Source: Perkinsela sp. CCAP 1560/9
Lineage: Eukaryota; Protista; Euglenozoa: Kinetoplastea
DNA: 64,000 nucleotides
Direction of reading: 5' to 3'
NCBI GenBank assembly: GCA_965644495.1
Contig: CBFFSA010000006.1
Coordinates: 1 to 64,000, forward strand
Shown: one piece after another, positions 1 through 9,056 of the stretch
Numbering within the stretch: the stretch's first letter is position 1
Layout of the letters: every line of letters starts with the position of its first letter
Notes under the pieces: generated by a model
The model's database searches: none
Told to the model about the DNA's origin: nothing
The model's input: only the letters and a program-made list of their open reading frames with translations
Position numbers and translations under genes: made by a program

Positions 1-637
1 CGTGGATCCCCCCCTGGATCCCCCCCTGGACCCCCCCTGGATCCCCCCCTGGATCCCCCCCTGGATCCCCCCCTGGATCCCCCCCTGGATCCCCCCCTGG
101 ATCCCCCCCTGGACCCCCCCCTGGATCCCCCCCTGGATCCCCCCCTGGATCCCCCCCTGGATCCCCCCTGGACCCCCCCTGGATCCCCCCCTGGATCCCC
201 CCCTGGATCCTCCCCTGGATCCCCCCCTGGATCCCCCCTTGGATCCCCCCCTGGATCCCCCCCTGGATCCCCCCCTGGATCCCCCCCTGGATCCCCCCCT
301 GGATCCCCCCCTGGATCCCCCCCTGGATCCCCCCCTGGATCCCCCCCTGGATCCCCCCCTGGATCCCCCCCTGGATCCCCCCCTGGATCCCCCCGTGGAT
401 CCCCCCCTGGATCCCCCCCTGGACCCCCCCTGGATCCCCCCCTGGATCCCCCCCTGGATCCCCCTGGATCCCCCCCTGGATCCCCCCCTGGATCCCCCCC
501 TGGATCCCCCCCTGGATCCCCCCCTGGATCCCCCCCTGGATCCCCCCCTGGATCCCCCCCTGGATCCCCCCCTGGATCCCCCCCTGGATCCCCCCTGGAC
601 CCCCCCTGGACCCCCCCTGGATCCCCCCTGCCCCCCC
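1..637 (+). repeat. Terminal tandem array (CCCCCCCTGGAT)n, ~53 units; putative non-canonical telomere (G-strand ATCCAGGGGGGG)
   Basis: 12-nt unit runs from base 1. The C-rich strand is 5'-terminal, and variants (GGAC, shorter C-runs) increase toward the proximal junction at ~590-640. Confidence 0.75.
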
Positions 638-708
638 TTCGGCGAATTGTGCGCCATAGAAAACTCTCGTGCAAGAAACCGACTTTTCTTATCGTCGAAA
701 AATAGCTA

Positions 709-1045
709 CACCCCCCTCTCATAAATAATGATAATGATAATAATAATTTTTCTGAGATTATCATTATTATTATCATTATTATTTTTATTATCATCATTAT
801 TTATGAACGCAATAAGGGGTGATCAGAAACAAACATACATCTGTGTAGTATATTTTTGTGGACGAAGGGAAATTGTTTGTTTACGAAGGGAAAAAGTAAG
901 ACGAGGTTAAAGAGATTACGGAAAAAATCTCGAGCTGACATGGAGGAGTAACGGTGGAATGAAAAGTTTTTGATAATTTTTGAGTAATTTTCACAGTCCG
1001 AGGTGATTTTTTTTTTCCAATTATCATTATTAATGAAGGGGGGTG
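709..1045. mobile_element. 337-bp TA-flanked MITE (Tc1/mariner-type, non-autonomous)
   Basis: TA|CACCCCCCTCTCATAAATAATGATAAT ... ATTATCATTATTAATGAAGGGGGGTG|TA; imperfect ~27-bp TIRs; internal extra TIR-core copy at ~787-807. Confidence 0.75.
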
Positions 1046-1196
1046 TATTCTACTCATGATTTGTGACGCAATTTTGTGACGCCCTATTTTTTTAATGTCC
1101 TATTTTTACTTTAGCGAATCAAAACGATCCAGAAATTTATCGTCGCATCAAGCGGAAAGATTCTTCCTTGTTTTGCCTTTTCTAGTATCCCCTTAC

Positions 1197-2510
1197 ATGT
1201 CTGACTACAAAGTACGTGATATAACGCTTGCCGAGTGGGGACGCAAGGTAATAACCCTCTCTGAGGCCGAGATGCCGGGTCTCATGGAGCTGCGCCGTGA
1301 GTATGCTTCATTACAGCCATTACGCGGTGCCCGCATAGCTGGTTGTCTTCACATGACCATCCAGACCGCAGTGCTGATAGAGACGCTAACCCAATTGGGC
1401 GCCGAGGTCCGGTGGGCTTCCTGCAACATTTTTAGTACCCAGGACCACGCTGCTGCGGCGGTGGCGAAGACCGGGGTCGCGGTTTTTGCCTGGAAGGGAG
1501 AGACAGAGGAAGAATACCTGTGGTGCATTGAACAGACACTGAAGGGCTTCACTGGGGGCGATGGAGCCCCCAACATGATTCTCGACGATGGGGGAGACCT
1601 CACAAACATGGTGTTGGACCAGCACCCCGAGCTTGCGCGGAACATCTATGGCATATCCGAAGAGACCACGACCGGGGTAAAAAACTTGTTCCGTCGTGCC
1701 AAGGCTGGTACCCTCTCCATTCCTTCGATCAATGTCAATGACAGCGTAACGAAGTCAAAATTCGACAACCTCTATGGCTGTCGTGAGAGTCTTTTAGACG
1801 GTATTAAGCGCGCGACTGACGTGATGGTAGCAGGGAAGACAGCGCTTGTATGTGGGTATGGAGACGTGGGTAAGGGATGCGCGGCAGCCCTTCGTAACTT
1901 CGGAGCCCGTGTCGTAGTGACGGAGATTGACCCTATCAATGCCCTGCAGGCCAGTATGGAAGGGTACGAGGTGAACACAGTAGAGAATTGCGTTGAGCAA
2001 ACCCATATTTTTGTCACGTGCACGGGAAATGCAGACATTATTCGAGGTGAACACTTTGGACGCATGCGGGATAACACCATTGTGTGCAACATTGGTCATT
2101 TCGACAATGAACTCCAGGTCAACTGGCTGAAGGAAAATGCTGATCGAGTGGAGATTAAGCCCCAAGTTGACCAATTCACCCTACGCAACGGCCGACGCAT
2201 CATTCTGCTTGCGGAGGGGCGATTGGTGAACCTGGGCTGCGCCATGGGCCATCCCTCCTTCGTTATGTCCACTTCCTTCAGCAATCAAGTACTCGCTCAG
2301 ATTGAATTATGGACCAATCGCGAGTCCAAAAAGTATCCTCGAGGCGCGCAGACAGAGGTCTACTTTCTGCCCAAGGAGCTTGATGAGAAGGTTGCGCGTG
2401 CGCATCTGGGAATGTTGGGCGTAAAATTGACGGAGCTGCTCCCTTCGCAAGCGAAGTATATCGATGTATCTGTGAATGGCCCATACAAGCCTCCACACTA
2501 CCGTTATTAA
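1197..2510 (+). CDS. SAHH: S-adenosylhomocysteine hydrolase (adenosylhomocysteinase)
   Basis: MSDYKVRDI start; [54 protein letters not shown]-terminal YRY; closely resembles trypanosomatid SAHH. Confidence 0.98.
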   Translation: MSDYKVRDITLAEWGRKVITLSEAEMPGLMELRREYASLQPLRGARIAGCLHMTIQTAVLIETLTQLGAEVRWASCNIFSTQDHAAAAVAKTGVAVFAWKGETEEEYLWCIEQTLKGFTGGDGAPNMILDDGGDLTNMVLDQHPELARNIYGISEETTTGVKNLFRRAKAGTLSIPSINVNDSVTKSKFDNLYGCRESLLDGIKRATDVMVAGKTALVCGYGDVGKGCAAALRNFGARVVVTEIDPINALQASMEGYEVNTVENCVEQTHIFVTCTGNADIIRGEHFGRMRDNTIVCNIGHFDNELQVNWLKENADRVEIKPQVDQFTLRNGRRIILLAEGRLVNLGCAMGHPSFVMSTSFSNQVLAQIELWTNRESKKYPRGAQTEVYFLPKELDEKVARAHLGMLGVKLTELLPSQAKYIDVSVNGPYKPPHYRY

Positions 2511-3356
2511 AGGAGATTTACGCATTTTGTTGCGGTAAAGCTAAAGGAAATCGAGCGCATCGAGCGAGACAACAGTATTTCTTATAGAGTTCTATTTTTA
2601 ATTTCATGATTCTTTAATTCCAGGTTGCGAATTATATTCATATTATTTTTTCTCATTATAAGTGTCTGCATTTTTCAGAAAAAGATATTTTTGATTTTAT
2701 CTAATAGTTACACCCGACCTTGATTATATTGATTTGTTTGTGTCAATGATATTACCTTCAAATTTTGTCATGTTTTCAATGTTGCATTTTTCCGTACTAA
2801 GTTTGAGTCTTAGATAATACGACTTTCTACACTACTACAATTAAGGTCCCAAATTTGAAATCCGAACAAAAAATAAATGTCTTGATATTGAATGAACGCA
2901 GTAGTACATTGAGTGGGCTAAGAAGAAACTAATCCTACACTACAATATGCGTCAGGGTATGACAAAGCAAAAACATTATATTCGACGTACAAAAGATCTG
3001 CACGTTCGCTTAATTTGTAATTTGTTTTTAAAGCTATTAAAAGATTTCTTCGCGCGAATAAAGATACCCATACAGTATATTGAAGCTACAAGTAACACAA
3101 GACAGGACTATATCCTTATCATGATTACCACATACCATGATACTCAAATATTTTAGCCCAACTCATTCCGTTCTTTTACACAACCCCACCACCAGAACCC
3201 CTCTTCACACATGACCCAGACAACCTCCCCTACCCCCCTTTGTCTCTCCACCTCACCGTTCTTCACCCCTCCCCCTCCCTCTCCTCTTCCCTAAAAACCC
3301 AACCTCTTGCTCAAAACCAACACACACAGATCCCCCCCCCCACACACCCCCACCCC

Positions 3357-4928
3357 ATGCGAAAACCAACCCTTCGTCTCTCCCCCCCCTCCCCCTTCCG
3401 TCCCCTCTTCGCCCATCTCCGCATCCCGGAGGGCCACTGGACGGACTGGGGGCTCCTCGACCCCCTGCGCCCCCCCTCGCTCCACCCCCTCGGGGACAGC
3501 CTGATCCAGCGCGTGGTGCACGACGCCCTGGTGGCGGGGGTGGTGGGGGGGCAGCGGGGTGGGGGGGGTGGACCGGTGGCCAGGGAGGGGGGAGGGGGGG
3601 GTCCACCCCCAGCAACAACAACAACAACAACAACAACAACCCCCACAACAACAACAGGAGTCCCGGATATCTCCTCCTCCCCGTTTTTCCTCTCCCCGGA
3701 GTTCCTCCGTGGGTGCGGGGCTCCGTTTCTGCATCCGTACTACCTGCGGATGGTGGGGGAGGAGGTGGGGTTGCTGGAGCTGGGGTGGGGGCCTGGGGAG
3801 GGGGGGGAGGACGCGGGGAGGGCCTCCCCCCGGCTCTTCGCGGGGAGCCTACACGCCCCGGATGGTTTCTCCACCTCGCTGTGCCTCCCGGGGGACCGTT
3901 TTGCCCCCTCGCCGTTGCCGCGGCGGTTGGCGCATTTGATGGCGGCGGTGAGGATGGAGAGGGGGAGGGGGAAGGCGGAGGAGGTGGTGAGGAGGTGGTT
4001 TAGGATTCCCGGGGAGGGAGGGGGTGGGGGTGGCTCTTCTTCTCCGCTTTGCTCTTCTCCTCCTTCTGCTCTCGATGAGGAGATCGCGTCCTCTCCCGTT
4101 CCTGTGTCATGGGGACGGGCGGGGTTGGAGGCGCTACACCGGGTAGTGAAACGGTATCCCCATGCGACAGGGTCGGTGGCGTTGTCGGTGATGTCGGTGT
4201 GTGGGATTGATCCGGTGTGGGAGGTGCAAATAGAGCCGGAGGGGGGAGGGGCGGGGGGAGAAGAGGGGGGAGAGTGGTCTTCTTCGAATACGTACTCCCC
4301 GGTTGCTGAAAAAAGGGAGGAACCTTCCACCACGTCCACCACCCCGAGTCTCCTCACGGATGGGCTCCAACGGATGTACACAATGACTCCAGAGGCGTTG
4401 GACGCGGCGTTACAAGATCCCGGCTCGGGAATTTATCAAGGGAGTGAGTATGCCGGGAATCCGAATGACCCACCCCTCCCCTCAGGGTGGATGTCCCATA
4501 CCGAGTCTGTGCCGTACCAAAAACAACCCCTCCCCCCTCCCCGGAGCTACCTCGACACGATATGCAGCGTTCCGACCCCGTCTGCTGGTTCGGTCGGGAC
4601 CGAGGGGAGTGGATTCTTCACCTCCGCCCTGCGTCGCTTCCCGACCTCCTCGGAGCGCCCGGAATCCTATTTCGAGCACAACAAGGACATCGGCCGCGGG
4701 GTACGCTACCAAACCCATGGGTTAGATGCGGCCCGGTTCGTGGAGAGTCACTGTGTGCCGATGCGGCGACGGTTTTGTGTACGCGCGTACAACCGGGTAA
4801 CGAACGCGGTGATTGCCACAGCCACAGCCGGGAGTTTCACCGAGGCCCGGAATGAGGTCCTGGAGAGGTTTCTGGTGGGGCTAGCCGCGGATCTGCAGCG
4901 TTTGGACTATAGGGGTAGGGCGGGATGA
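3357..4928 (+). CDS. Hypothetical protein, possibly degenerate RNase III-like + dsRBD fold (mL44-like), probably mitochondrial
   Basis: First ATG at 3357 with Arg-rich N-terminus; LHPLGDSLIQRVV resembles the RNase III LGD motif; C-terminal FCVRAY..VIATATAGSFTEARNEV resembles a dsRBD. Confidence 0.45.
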   Translation: MRKPTLRLSPPSPFRPLFAHLRIPEGHWTDWGLLDPLRPPSLHPLGDSLIQRVVHDALVAGVVGGQRGGGGGPVAREGGGGGPPPATTTTTTTTTPTTTTGVPDISSSPFFLSPEFLRGCGAPFLHPYYLRMVGEEVGLLELGWGPGEGGEDAGRASPRLFAGSLHAPDGFSTSLCLPGDRFAPSPLPRRLAHLMAAVRMERGRGKAEEVVRRWFRIPGEGGGGGGSSSPLCSSPPSALDEEIASSPVPVSWGRAGLEALHRVVKRYPHATGSVALSVMSVCGIDPVWEVQIEPEGGGAGGEEGGEWSSSNTYSPVAEKREEPSTTSTTPSLLTDGLQRMYTMTPEALDAALQDPGSGIYQGSEYAGNPNDPPLPSGWMSHTESVPYQKQPLPPPRSYLDTICSVPTPSAGSVGTEGSGFFTSALRRFPTSSERPESYFEHNKDIGRGVRYQTHGLDAARFVESHCVPMRRRFCVRAYNRVTNAVIATATAGSFTEARNEVLERFLVGLAADLQRLDYRGRAG

Positions 4929-5132
4929 GAAAAAGGGGAGAATAGGGGGGGGGGGGTTGTGGTCTTTGTAAGCGTAAAAATAATAAGAAAGGTGTAGCCT
5001 TTGGAGTGCTTCGTTTCGAAAGGATGAGGGGGGGGGGATGTTTTTACTGTTTGTACGAAACCCTTTCTTGCGAAGAAAAACCAAAAACCCTTGCCCTACA
5101 CTCCTCTTTTTCCTTTACCTCTTTTCCCCCCC

Positions 5133-6917
5133 ATGCAACCCCAAGTCCTCCTCCTCCGCGAGGGCACGGACTGCTCCCAAGGCAGGCCCCAGCTCCTCTC
5201 CAACATCCACGCCTGTCTCGCGGTCGTGGACCTTGTGCGCTCCACCCTGGGGCCGTGCGGGATGGACAAGCTCCTCCGCGCGGGCTCGGGCCCCTGCGTG
5301 ATCAGCAACGACGGGGCGACGGTGCTGTCGGGCCTCGAGGTGGTCCACCCCGCGGCGCGGTGCCTGGTGGAGATGGCGCAGGCGCAGGACGCGGAGGTCG
5401 GGGACGGCACCACCACCACCGCGGTGCTCGCGGGGGAGCTCCTGCGCGAGGCCAGGCTGCTGCTCGAGGACGGGTTCCACCCCCGGGTGATCGTCGCGGC
5501 GTACCGCGCGGCGTGTGAGAAAGCGGTGGAGGTGGTGCGCACGCGGGCGGTGCCGTTTGGGGCGATGGGTGAAGAAGAGGAAACAGAAGAGAAAACGGAT
5601 AAAAAGGAAAGTGAGGAGAAGAAAGGGATCACTCAGGATCGTAAATTGCATGAACTGTTGGTGAAATGTGCCGCGACGGCGTTGAACTCGAAATTGATCT
5701 CCGCCCAGCGGTTTTATTTTGCGGAGATGGCCGTGAATGCGGTGTGTTGTTTAGGGGAGAGCAAAGATATCAATCGGATTGGCATCAAACAAGTCCATGG
5801 TGGAGGGGTGCGGGATTCGTTTCTGGTGAACGGGGTAGCGTTTAAAAAGACGTTTAGTTATGCGGGGTTTGAACAACAACCGAAACAGTTTGAGAAGCCC
5901 ACGGTGTTGTTGTTAAATGTGGAGCTGGAGTTGAAGGCAGAGAAGGATAATGCGGAGGTTCGGATTAAGGGCCCCTCGGAGTACCAAGCGATTGTGGATG
6001 CGGAGTGGCGGATTATCTATGAAAAGCTGGAGAACTGCGTAAACAGCGGGGCACACATTGTGCTCTCCAAGCTCCCGATCGGGGATTTAGCCACGCAGTA
6101 CTTTGCGGATCGTGGGATCTTTTGTGCTGGGCGGGTGAGCGCGGAGGACATGACCCGAGTCGCGGTGGCTACCAATGCCAAAATCCAATCCTCCACCCAT
6201 GACCTTCTCCCGGAGCATTTAGGCTCCTGTGGTGCGTTCGAGGAAAAGCAAGTCGGGGATGAGCGCTACAACCTGTTTACCGGCTGTGATGGGGCAAAAA
6301 CCGCCACCCTTGTGCTTCGTGGCGGTGCGCCACAATTTATTGAAGAAGCCGAACGTTCCCTGCACGATGCCATTATGATTGTCAAGCGCGCGTTGCAGCA
6401 CAAAGCCATTGTCGCGGGCGGGGGAGCCATCGATATGGAAATTGCCAAGGAGCTCCGGGACTATGCTCGATTTGAAATCCAGGGAAAGCAGCAGCTCGCG
6501 GTGCACAGCTTCGCGAAAGCCATGGAGGTCATTCCCCATACGATTGCGGAAAATGCCGGACATGATGCCGCGATGATTTTAAATAAACTAAGGCACCGAC
6601 ACCATACGGATCAAAAGGAAGGAAAGTGGTATGGGGTGGATGTTAGCAATGGGGATATTGTAAACACGTATGAGACATTTGTGTGGGAACCCGAGATTGT
6701 AAAGATTAACGCACTGCACAGTGCCACCGAGGCGGCGTGTGTGATTTTAAGCATCGACGAGACAATTAAAAACCAAGAGAGTGAGGCTGGGGCCGGGTCC
6801 CCGGGGGCGCGAGGTGGGGGTGGAGGGGCACGCACGAATCTGTCCCAGCAGGGGATGGCGGGGATGGCAAAGGGTCTTCCCGGGGTGAAGACGCTGAAGG
6901 GACGAGGGGGGCGATAG
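5133..6917 (+). CDS. CCT7: T-complex protein 1 subunit eta
   Basis: MQPQVLLLREGTD.SQG start; STLGPCGMDK, ISNDGAT, GDGTTT, FKKTFSYAGFEQQPK, ELELKAEKDNAE. Confidence 0.96.
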   Translation: MQPQVLLLREGTDCSQGRPQLLSNIHACLAVVDLVRSTLGPCGMDKLLRAGSGPCVISNDGATVLSGLEVVHPAARCLVEMAQAQDAEVGDGTTTTAVLAGELLREARLLLEDGFHPRVIVAAYRAACEKAVEVVRTRAVPFGAMGEEEETEEKTDKKESEEKKGITQDRKLHELLVKCAATALNSKLISAQRFYFAEMAVNAVCCLGESKDINRIGIKQVHGGGVRDSFLVNGVAFKKTFSYAGFEQQPKQFEKPTVLLLNVELELKAEKDNAEVRIKGPSEYQAIVDAEWRIIYEKLENCVNSGAHIVLSKLPIGDLATQYFADRGIFCAGRVSAEDMTRVAVATNAKIQSSTHDLLPEHLGSCGAFEEKQVGDERYNLFTGCDGAKTATLVLRGGAPQFIEEAERSLHDAIMIVKRALQHKAIVAGGGAIDMEIAKELRDYARFEIQGKQQLAVHSFAKAMEVIPHTIAENAGHDAAMILNKLRHRHHTDQKEGKWYGVDVSNGDIVNTYETFVWEPEIVKINALHSATEAACVILSIDETIKNQESEAGAGSPGARGGGGGARTNLSQQGMAGMAKGLPGVKTLKGRGGR

Positions 6918-7315
6918 GGGGATTAGGGAGAGAGTGAAATGTGGAGGGGGAGTTGAGGGGGGATACGTGGAAAAGGAAACGGAGGCTGATTTGTATGGAT
7001 AACATTTGATATGTATTGGTTTTCAAAGCTTTTGGCAATACGCGCATGTAGTGTGGCAACATTTCATCTGATATATGATCATCTGGTTTTACGAATATTT
7101 TTCTATCTGACGCGCTATTGGCACAAGTACGAATGCGTTTTTTACCCCCATGGACATCGGAATATATTTCCCAACATATAGAATAGAATGAACTACGTTA
7201 GCATTGATGCACTGTTTTCATTTTATCATTAGAAAACACAATGTAACGAGAGCATCAAGGCTACAATGTAATCAAACTTGTGTCGTTGGTCCGGTGCTGT
7301 TTCTGAAGATCCAGC

Positions 7316-8299
7316 ATGATTCCGCGTGTCATACAACCGTATTCGAAATGTCGCTTCACTTTGCCAAAGTCGTTCATATCTCATTACCATTTTTCAGAGG
7401 TGCGGTCCACGATGGACGAGATTCGCCGTCTTATTACGGAAGAAAACAAGTTTCCTTCTCCTGGGACTACGGTTTGCCATCGACAGCGTTCCACTCACAT
7501 CTGCCCGTTATTGTGCACCGCTGACACACAGGTAATGGGACGTGGTAGCTCTGGACGTGTCTGGCATTCGTTCCCTGGTAATTTATTCGCAACGATAGGC
7601 GTTCGGGCTTCTAGCGTGAATGGAAGTGTAGTTCTACGTGATGGCACTTTGTTATGGGCACTGGTTGGCATATGTCTTCATGATACTTTGAGCAAAATGA
7701 AATTTGAATCAAGAAAAGAAAACAGAGGTAAAAAAATTTCTTTGAAGTGGCCGAATGACGTATTGTTAGGGGACAGAAAAGTAGCAGGGACCTTGATAGA
7801 ATTTTACAAGGAATATTACCTAATAGGCATCGGTGTAAACATCAGCAGTGCGCCGCAAATAAACGATGGAGGTCGACTGGCAACCTCATTGCTTGATGGC
7901 GCCGACAATGTGGGTTGTATAACTGGAAAGAATGCCAAAAGAACACACCCCGAGTATATTAGTAAAGTGTCCCGCGAAATACTTCGTCGGTTTATTTCTC
8001 AAATAAGACATTCCTTGGAGAATAACGAAAAGGGTTCAGAAGCTTTGATTTACAATGGAGATGACATTCACCCACACTTTATGAGTGGCGAGGGGTTGTT
8101 GAAAGACTATGAAAAGCGCATGGACCTGTCCATTACTGTGTCTCGTAGGCGAGAAAAGAACTCACAGGGGGGCTTTATAGACGAGAAGAATCATCAAAAA
8201 AATTCTCTTCGTGTATCCGGACTACAAACTGATGGAGGACTTTTAGTATTCGATAAAAACTTGAAAAGGGTTGTTTTGTACAACGACTACTTGGACTAA
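7316..8299 (+). CDS. Biotin-protein ligase (BirA/holocarboxylase synthetase family)
   Basis: Q..GRG..GR.W.S..GNL, KWPNDV, KVAGTLIE, GIGVN motifs. Confidence 0.92.
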   Translation: MIPRVIQPYSKCRFTLPKSFISHYHFSEVRSTMDEIRRLITEENKFPSPGTTVCHRQRSTHICPLLCTADTQVMGRGSSGRVWHSFPGNLFATIGVRASSVNGSVVLRDGTLLWALVGICLHDTLSKMKFESRKENRGKKISLKWPNDVLLGDRKVAGTLIEFYKEYYLIGIGVNISSAPQINDGGRLATSLLDGADNVGCITGKNAKRTHPEYISKVSREILRRFISQIRHSLENNEKGSEALIYNGDDIHPHFMSGEGLLKDYEKRMDLSITVSRRREKNSQGGFIDEKNHQKNSLRVSGLQTDGGLLVFDKNLKRVVLYNDYLD

Positions 8300-9056
8300 T
8301 GAAGAGATATAGATTATCTACGACTTAAAGCGGATCGTTTTTAGATGTCTCTTTCTATGTTATCAATCTTGCCTTCGACATGCACTAAAAAATACGTACG
8401 TACATCGAAAAAAGTGTCTCTCTCCGCGCTCTTCCCCCTCGGCGTGACGGCGTCTTTTCGTTTTGCGACCTTCACGTCTCCCACCCTCGTACAGCAACCT
8501 AAAGTATCTGATACTGCTAACGTGGAGGGAGCGGAGGTCTGGGACCATAGGGGCGCATGTGGAATGGTCTGGGGTAGGGAGTTATTGTTCAGTGAGGTAG
8601 GGAGTGAGGGAGGGGAACCATGAGAGGGTTAAGGGGAGTAAGAAGGGTGAAGGGTTAGCAAGGGTGAAGGGTTAGTAAGTGGGAAAGTTGGAAATATAGA
8701 TAAAAAAGCTAGACTCTATACTACTCTATACTCCCCCCAATTATTTGCAAAGAAAACATACATTATATTTTGTAGTACAATACTGCACAGTGTAATATAT
8801 TTTGACGCCACATTTTTCCTTCTAGAGCTTTAGTGCTTTTGAAAAGGTCTATTAGATTCATGTGTGATGAGTACACGAGTCTTTCAAGATAATGCCTTAT
8901 CGAGTCTCCTTAGGATGCATACTGCTTGCTATTGATACTTCATCTTGATTATCGATCTTTGGTTGCTGTTGTTCTTCAATGACGTATCACTGAGCGCTGG
9001 TCAGTATCCTTTCTTTTCACCACACTATTAATTACGCAAGCGCAAAGATTGCCTTC

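Noticed and set aside
2-724. 240-aa Pro/Asp/Trp-rich ORF
   Set aside because: Translation artefact of the stop-free 12-nt terminal repeat.
3253-5651. Many overlapping and antisense ORFs in GC-rich stretches (also 30197-31321)
   Set aside because: Explained by stop-codon scarcity in the skewed GC-rich domains; no motifs.
8864-8993. Box C/D snoRNA (GTGATGA...CTGA)
   Set aside because: Long for a kinetoplastid snoRNA, no terminal stem, no rRNA-complementary guide recognised.
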